Source: Eledone cirrhosa
Lineage: Eukaryota
NCBI GenBank assembly: GCA_964016885.1
Contig: OZ024743.1
Span: 73,284,001-73,348,000 of the forward strand
Reading direction: 5' to 3'
DNA: 64,000 nt
The notes under the pieces: generated by a model
The model's input: only the letters and a program-made list of their open reading frames with translations
Told to the model about the DNA's origin: nothing
Database searches by the model: none
Shown: one piece after another, positions 54,588-64,000 of the stretch
Numbering within the stretch: the first letter of the stretch is position 1
Layout: each line of letters begins with the position of its first letter
Translations under genes and position numbers: made by a program

Positions 54588-55047
54588 GCAAGTGATCTGC
54601 TCAAGTCCTATTATCTCTATTTCTATTTGTTTATATATGTGTATGTATGTACATATATATATATATATGTATATATGTATGCTTGCCCACACACTCTTCA
54701 ACTTAAGTTCTCTTATCGCTGTGGTCTTGGATTTTCTTACCTTAAGTTGCTGGCACATTGCTCGGTTTGTTCTTGTTTTTTCGCTGTTTTCTCTTTTCTT
54801 CCCTTTTCCCTTCTATTTTCCTTCCCTCCCTCCTCCGTTTTTCCAATAACTTACCCAGCTATTGAACGCTCTGGGCGGTAGATATCTTGTCTTTAAAGAG
54901 TGGAAATACCCGAGACCACCAGTAGACAACTAATTAGGAAAACTCCCCCCTCCCCTCCCCTTCTTGCTTTCTTCTTATTCTCACACCATTTTCAGCTATA
55001 TATATACACACACACACAAACACACACACACAAACACACACACACAT

Positions 55048-55078
<31 letters not shown>

Positions 55079-55080
55079 GT

Positions 55081-55436
55081 ACCTTGGTCTTCCTCTTCCA
55101 GTGTGTCCATGTAGGGGCTCCCAAAGGAGCACGGAGTGCAATGTCAACTCTGGATGTCGGTGAGCATGTCCAGCCAACCTCAGTCTCCTCTGTGTCACTT
55201 TTGAGCTGACTTTTGGGAGGCTCCCATACAGCTCTGAGTTTTTCATCCGCAGTGTATACTGATTAATGTTCAGAGCCATCCTCAGCATTCTGGAAGAGGA
55301 AGACCAAGGTTAACATATGTTGATGCCCTAAGGACAGACACTGGTCTGTTGGAGACGCAGGACATGGCAGCGATAATGAGGGACAGAGACCGCTGGAGAG
55401 AACTCGTCCATGGATCTCGGGAATTTTACCCGCCTT
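55081..55436 (+). mobile_element. RTE 3' end with 5' inversion
   Basis: 55081-55290 antisense, 55289-55436 sense, then (TAGA)n; same family as 35651-36215. Confidence 0.88.
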
Positions 55437-56568
55437 AGATAGATAGATATATATAGTAATAATGATAAATTTGAAGACTAAAATCCAAAGAGGGCTCGAT
55501 AAGGATAAATATATATCAAATATATAAGAACCGTAGAGCAAATATTTTTTTGTATAGTTAAGTATATATTACCTCTATGTTTTGTGAAGGTACGTATACT
55601 TTCTCATACGTATATTTGCTTGTATAGGCGTATATATTATATATACTGGTACATGCGTATATGGTTATGTGTATACGTAAGTTTTGCGTTTGTGTGTGTA
55701 TGCGGGTTTGCACGTATGTATGGTGTGTGTATATGTGTACTTTGTGTTTTGGTTGACGTACGTTTAGCGAACATATGTGTATTTACATGTAGGTATGTGT
55801 GTGCGCGCGTTACATGCGTATTTATGTGTGTATATTTATATACGTTTATATAATTATATGTATACGTGCACACACGTACACACGCATATATATATATATT
55901 TATATATATATTTTTTATATATGTTTTATGTGTATTTGGTGTATACGTTCGTATGTCTCCGGGTACAGGCGTTGTGTGTGTTTTTGTATGTGTGCGCGTG
56001 TTTATGTGCACGTGCCTGTATTTGCATACACATGGCGGATGTTTTCGCGTATGCATGTATTTGTACGTTTACGGATGCGTGCATGTATATATTTAATTAT
56101 TGTTGATTTCAATAACCTCTGTAATTTATTTAGATTTTCTTAACTCTGAAGCCGAGAATCATTCGGTTTCCTAAATAGTATTTTAGTCTACGACTTCAGT
56201 TATACCATAAACGTGATTTTGTATTCGCGTGTAATTGTTCCCGCCGCTCCACATATGACGTATTATCTTTGTTCTTTCCGTTCATTGCCAGGGAACGTCT
56301 CCATGAACCATCTAATAGAATATTAGTCTACGACTTCATTTATACCATAAACATGGTTTTGTCCTTGCGTGTTCTCACCGCTCCAAATAATGACGTATCA
56401 TCTTCGTTTTTTTCCGTTCATTGCCAACACAAGAGTAAGAATTAAGTGTTCATTCTACTGACATGGTTATAAAATTGAGGCTTGTTTGCATAATTGCAAA
56501 CGAATCGAATGTTATTATTAATATCCGAAAAACTCAGATTACATTTATTATATATATATATATATATA

Positions 56569-56856
56569 TAATATAAAATCAAAAGATGATTAAAAGAGTT
56601 CCATGTATCTTATTATGCGCATTTCAAAAACAAATAGCATCATGGAATGATATTTGCGTTCTCATCAGATGAAATAGGGAGACAACATATGTTGATTTAA
56701 ACACTTCACTGCTTGCAAGTGTTTTTTAAGCTTCATATCATGTCTCCCTATTTTATCTGACGAGAACGCAAATATCATCCCATGATGATATTTGTTTTTG
56801 AAATGCGCATAATAAAATACATGGAACTCTTTTAACCATCTTTTGATTTTATATTA
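56569..56856. repeat. Fold-back palindrome with two complete hammerheads (56749-56819 +, 56606-56676 -)
   Basis: tattttat-CUGACGA-gaacgcaaatatcatc/ccat/gatgatatttgttttt-GAAA-tgcgca-UA-ataaaata; the mirror arm has CUGAUGA. Confidence 0.88.
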
Positions 56857-56953
56857 TTAATACTCCAGTCCTATAAACTGTTGAGTGCTACTTATCCGAT
56901 ATTTGCATTGCTTTATTGTGCTACAATAAAACTCACCTCCTACACACATATAA

Positions 56954-57098
<145 letters not shown>

Positions 57099-57457
57099 CA
57101 CACACACACACACCACCACCACCACCACCTCCACCACCACCATCATTTCAAATGTGTCTGAAACACGCATGCAATGCTAAGTTCGTTGAACCCAATATTA
57201 AATAAATGGTTAAATGTAATTAAGGTTATTATTCCGTCTCTGCTTACCTCTCAGTCTGCACTGAATGTCTCTGTATCTTAGTGTGTTTACAACATATATA
57301 TCTATGAGGAAAAATGCAATTGGATGTATGGTTTTAACTCTAATATCTAACTAATGGTGTACTTAAATATATTGGAATTAGTATTGAGAAATGAACATAT
57401 GCACGCAAGAATAGAAACACGCATTCACACACAAATACCCACCATACAAAATACATA

Positions 57458-57557
<100 letters not shown>

Positions 57558-57810
57558 GAGGGGGAGAGAGAGAGAGGGGGGGGAAGAGAGGGGGATTGGT
57601 AGATTGATACATACATACATACATATAAGTATATATACATACTATGTGTGTGTATTTGTAGATAGCGAGTTAAATCGGGAGTAATAAGTAATAAGTTACT
57701 CAGTTGTGTGGGAGCATCATATTAATAGAACAAGCTTTTACAGAACTAGGACTGTTTCATTCATATATATATATATATGTATATTTATTAGTCTTCAAAT
57801 TTATTATTAT

Positions 57811-57879
<69 letters not shown>

Positions 57880-57882
<3 letters not shown>

Positions 57883-58428
57883 TTATTAAAATAACAGATT
57901 AAAGTTTAAACATAAATCGCTGCTTTCACCCATAACGGTATCTTCTGAAACTAAATACATCAATCTGTGAACGCAGAAGTAAATGGTTCGAAAAACTCGT
58001 TGCAACCGAGGAAAAGAGGAAGACGATACTTTGGTTAGTGGAGACGTTCCCTGGCAGTGAACGGAAAAAAGCGAAGATAATACGTCATTATTTGGAACGG
58101 TGAAAACAATTACACGCAAAGACAAAACCACGTTTATGGTATAAATCAAGTCGTAGACTAATATTCTATTTAGAAACCTAATGATTCTCGGCTTCAGAGT
58201 TAAGAATAACGTAAATAAATTACAGAGGTTATTGAAATCAACAATAATTAAATATATACATACGCGCATCCATATACGTACATACACATGCATACGCGAA
58301 AACACCCGCCATGGTATGCATACACAAGCACGTACACATAAACACGCGCACACATACAAAAACCCCGGCGACACCTGTACCTGCACACATACGAACGTGT
58401 ACACCAAATATACATTAAAAATATATAT

Positions 58429-58501
<73 letters not shown>

Positions 58502-58503
58502 AA

Positions 58504-58536
<33 letters not shown>

Positions 58537-59112
58537 CGTGTATACATATAATTATATAAACGTCGCGCCGGTTTTGTATGTGCGCGCGTGTTTATGAGTA
58601 CGTGCTTGTATATATTTATACCATAAACGTGGTTTTGTCTTTGCGTGTAATTGTTCTCACGCTCCACATAATGACATATTATTTTTGCTTATTTTCCGCT
58701 CATTGCCAGGGAACGTCTCCACGAACCACCTAAATAGAATATTAGTCTACGACTTCATTTATACCATAAACTGGTTTTGTCTTTGCGTGTAATTGTTCTC
58801 ACCGCTCCAAATAATGACGTATTATGTTCGCTTTTTTCCGTTCACTGCCAGGGAACGTCTCCACGAACCAAAGTATCGTCTTATTGTTTTCCCTAGGTTG
58901 CAAGGTTTTTCGAAATATTTACTTCTGCATTCAGAGATTGGTGTTTTTAGTTTCAGGAGATTCCGTTAAGGGTGAAAGCAGCAATTCTTTGCTTAAAATT
59001 TAATCTGTTATTTTAATAAATATTTGCTCTACGGTTCTTATATATTTGATATATATGTATCCTTATCGAACCCTCTTTCGAATTTAGTCTTCAAATTTAT
59101 TATTATTACTAT
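57880..59112. mobile_element. Inverted-repeat element of an unclassified (PLE-like) family
   Basis: 57880-58175 is the reverse complement of ~58730-59022; further pieces at 55455-55545, 55800-56430 and 60428-60690. Confidence 0.75.
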
Positions 59113-59960
59113 GTATATATATATATATACATATATATATATACTAGCAGTGTATCCTGGCGTTACATGGGTAAGAATATTGTTAAAGCTCCTCCAATGA
59201 GAAACCTTTATTTGTGAGTGCCTATCAAGAACTCACGAATATACACCGACAGGAAACTTGTTTTATTTGGAGAAAATTAAGAAGCTGAAAGTACATTTTA
59301 GCTGTCTACGTGCATTGTTTATAGAAATATTGTTGAGCCCCTTTTTTTCATGTCTTTCAATGTGAAAGAGAAAGCAATAAGGCGTAGGCTACTTACCTCA
59401 AAAGTTCATTCGCACTCTTTCTCTCTATTCCTCTCGGTGCAGTCCCTTGCGAATTTCACGCGTAGACCTGGTGTAGATTTGCACCCGATGTACATGTCCG
59501 CTTTGTACGGCTTTTTGAGGAAGGAGTGACCAGCAGTACGTTGTTCGGTATTATTAGGAAAAGGTGTAGCAGAGAATCCCGCATGAACTAACAGCTCGGG
59601 AGGAAACTGCTTACCTCGAAGATTCATTCGCCATCGTTCTTGTAAACGCTCCGTTTACTTGGTATTTGTTGGTCTACAGTTAGATGAATGGCGCACAATG
59701 GGTCAATGTTTATTGGTAAGAAGTTATTGTAATAATAAAAGAGGGGTTAAAGTGACCTACAATGTATCTGTGTGTATATATACACGCAGATACATATATA
59801 TATGTATGTGTGTGCGTATGTATGCATTTATATATATATGTGTGTGTGTATATACATATAATTTTATGTGTATTTTTATATATATGTATATGTGCATATA
59901 TATATATATATATATGTATATATGTGTTTGTATATGTATATATATATATATGTATATGTG

Positions 59961-60058
<98 letters not shown>

Positions 60059-60370
60059 TGTGTGTGTGTGAATGTAGCGAAGATAATACGTCAGCAATGC
60101 CGTGTTCGTCAGAATGTCGTTATGCAGACAACCAGACATACATACAGATATTATAAGGGCACAAGGGAGATCGATAACCGGCGCCTAACACCCCTTTAAC
60201 AACAGAAAATTGAAAAATAAAAGCTGCAGTTAGTATCTTTAGACCGCAAGGAATATATATAAGTAGAAACGTGGATTTGTATAGATTTTCAAAAATGAGG
60301 ACACACACACACAAAGACACAACAGTTTTATATATAGATATATTAATATATGTGTGTATATATATATATA

Positions 60371-60427
<57 letters not shown>

Positions 60428-60717
60428 ACAGTAATAATAATAAATTTGAAGACTAAAATCCAAAGAGGGCTCGATAAGGATAAGTATATATCAAATATAT
60501 AAGAACCGTAGGGCAAATATTTATTAAAATAACAGATTAAAGTTTAAGCAAAGAATCGCTGCTTTCACCCTTAGCGGGATCTTCTGAAACTAACAAAGTC
60601 AATATGTGAACGCAGAAGTGAATATTTCAAAAAACGTTGCAACCGGAGGACGACAGGAAGCCGATACTTTGGTTCGTGGAAACGTTCCCATGAATAAATA
60701 TATATATATATATTATA

Positions 60718-61672
<955 letters not shown>

Positions 61673-61699
61673 CTATTGTCTAGGTAAATAATGTCTTTT

Positions 61700-63370
61700 T
61701 ACTGTTTTTTTTGTTTTGTTTTTTTGTTGCCGTTGCTTATATATAATGTTTACAATTTGTTAATGCCTTCTGTTCGCAGCTCTATCCAACTCAAATAATT
61801 AACTAATTGCTGCTGAGTTTTCCTTCCACTAATTCAGTTGTTATCATACATATACACGTAGTAATAGTTATTGACTATAAATATTGTGTTCATAGAATCC
61901 ATGTCGTACTTCGCCTTTGTAGTGGCTACTTTCGTACTCGTTGACGACCTCATATTCCTCGGTTCGCAGATCTGATGAACAAAAAGTAATTGTTTTACAA
62001 TATGAATTTGAGTCCATCAAAGATAAAATCTGTTTTAATGCGTGTGTGTAATTTAGATTGATGTGTGTCTAGCCAATATTCAATTGACATTATTCCATTG
62101 TCATAGGTTATGTCCGTATATAAGTTGACAAAAATTGTGTTCACTGTTTTTGGAAGATAATTCAGCGTGTCTAGGTCATCTCGTATTGTAGCACTTCACA
62201 TGTTTTAACTAGGGCTTTAAAAGTATGTCCAGGAAGTTACTCAGTGTGCGTGTTACACATGCAGGGCCTGCTATAACAGGCGTAAGGTATAATTGCCTGG
62301 GAGTGTTAACTGGAAATATTTGTTTTTCGAGGTTTTACGAGTGTCATTTATCAGTTTACATCTATGTATTTTCGGTGGGCCGTAAAATATGCTAGCTTTT
62401 TATTTGGTTAGACCGTTGCAATACTTATGTTAAAAGATGTTCCATTATTTGGTTATTGTTTGTTGTTGGCTTAATTATTGTCGTCTAATAATTTCAGTGC
62501 CAAATATTTATAGTAGTGTGTGTTTATGATGGCTACAGTGCTTTCTTTATCGACGTATTTATTAGTGATTTCAGTGTTTTCTTATAAATCGATTAGGTTT
62601 TTCCATTGATGTTTTGAGAAATTTGATTTGGTTTTTCTATTTACAATTTTTCAAAGGGAATTTTCATAATGTGTTCGCAATAGGATTCTAGTAGAATTCA
62701 TAATGTGTTCGCAGTAGGATTCTAGTCCTTTATTCCTTCCTTTCTTCGGGCAGAAATCACGTTTCTTCTTAGCTAGTGATTCATCTTCATTGTCATTGTT
62801 TTCTGAGAAACAAACCAGCTAATCTGAGCTTTTGACAACATTCCGTGATGGCGATTTTCATTTTGGGGATGTTTGATCTTTAGAGGTGGGTGTAAATTTC
62901 AGTCCCTTGTATATTATATCTATTTGCGTTTTTATAAATGTTTTCTTTGAGATGTTGATTCCCTTCGTTTTCTCGTGTTTGGAGGCCATCGACTGTCGTT
63001 GTATTTCTGTCATTGTGCTAAATACCATTATTTTCAGTGCAGCTGTTGTTTGTTGTTACTCTGTTTCGTGTTGGTCTGTGCAAATGATTGTAGAGTAGGG
63101 GTGATACCTTTTATAGTCGCGCTTGTGTAAGGGTTCTGTTGGAATTTCATGTAGTTTGCATGGATTTCCTTTGCAATTTGTAGGGCTTATGTTATGGAAT
63201 TGTCCATTGTCGTTTTGGAGTTTGGTTCTTTGGAAGATTTTTTTATTTTTGTAATCGTCATATCTGAAGAAGTGTCGGGATCCAATCACATGATCAAACC
63301 AAAGTTGTCGATATGGAAACAAATTGTAATATCTTATGAAATTTACAAAAAGCTTCAATTCTTATGGTCA
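61700..63370 (-). pseudogene. Decayed Penelope-like RT (N-terminal domain through RT motifs)
   Basis: INISKK...KGLKFTPT (~62885-62960), VDKESTV (DKG-like), RPVIAGPACVTRTLSNFLDILLK, IL*NNYFLF, MGFYE; many stops and frameshifts. Confidence 0.75.
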
Positions 63371-63394
63371 CTTTATATATCTATCTATCTATCT

Positions 63395-64000
63395 AGGGCG
63401 GCTAAAATTCGTGAGATCCATGGACGAGTTCTCTCCAGCGGTCTCTGTCCCTCATTATCGCTGCCATGTCCTGCGTCTCCAATAGACCAGTGTCTGTCCT
63501 TAGGGCATCAACATACATTAACCTTGGTCTTCCTCTTCCAGTGTGTCCATACAGGGGCTCCCACAGGAGCACTGAGTGCAGTGTCAACTCTGGATGTCGG
63601 TGAGCATGTCCAGCTAACCTCAATCTCCTCTGTGTCACTTTTGAGCTGAATTTTGGGTGGCTCCCATACAGCTCTGAGGAGAGGAAGGAGAATGTGGAAG
63701 TGATGAGGAAAGAACTCTGTACCAGAGAGACCAGAGAGGAGGCACTGATCGAGAAGATCAGAAGTGTGGAGAGAGCGGTTGGCAGGTCTGGATGTAAAGA
63801 GAGCTGGATGATCATCAACGAGATTACAGGGAGGAACAGAAGGTGTTCGAGTCAGATCCAGGGAACAGGGCCCGAGGATAGGAACGGGAAATGGCTAGAC
63901 CATTTCAGGACCCTACTAGGAGAGCCGCCCTCCACAGCCCAGAACACTGGGGAGATCAGGCGGCTGTTTGAAGAACTGGATATTGAGACAAAGCCCTTCA
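63395..64000 (-). mobile_element. RTE 3' end (-) joined to an inverted upstream segment (+) that runs off the window
   Basis: 63395-63678 matches the RTE C-terminus; 63678-64000 reads on + as ...ESWMIINEITGR...WLDHFRTLLGEPP...ETKPF, resembling an EN-RT linker. Confidence 0.85.

Overview
Eukaryotic, AT-rich, microsatellite-saturated DNA, probably an octopod cephalopod (inferred only from the SINE family). Most of the window looks intronic or intergenic. The only host coding sequence I can support is two phase-compatible + strand exons (51437-51562, 54345-54587, the second with a GC donor) resembling the N-terminal LIVBP/ANF domain of an ionotropic glutamate receptor. The centre holds two apparently intact non-LTR retrotransposons lying head-to-head in one (AAT)n microsatellite: a two-ORF L1/Tx1-type element (-) and a single-ORF R4/Dong-type RT-REL element (+). 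The rest is relics: tRNA-derived SINEs, RTE 3' ends (two with 5' inversions), Penelope-like elements (PLEs), and hAT, Chapaev3-type, mariner and Helitron fragments. The most striking feature not shown by the ORF track is about 20 hammerhead ribozyme (HHR) motifs read by eye, several degenerate. They sit in short PLE-type modules between (TA)n tracts, often as fold-back palindromes, and show stem covariation and non-canonical cores. Nearly all short ORFs in the track are microsatellite artefacts.
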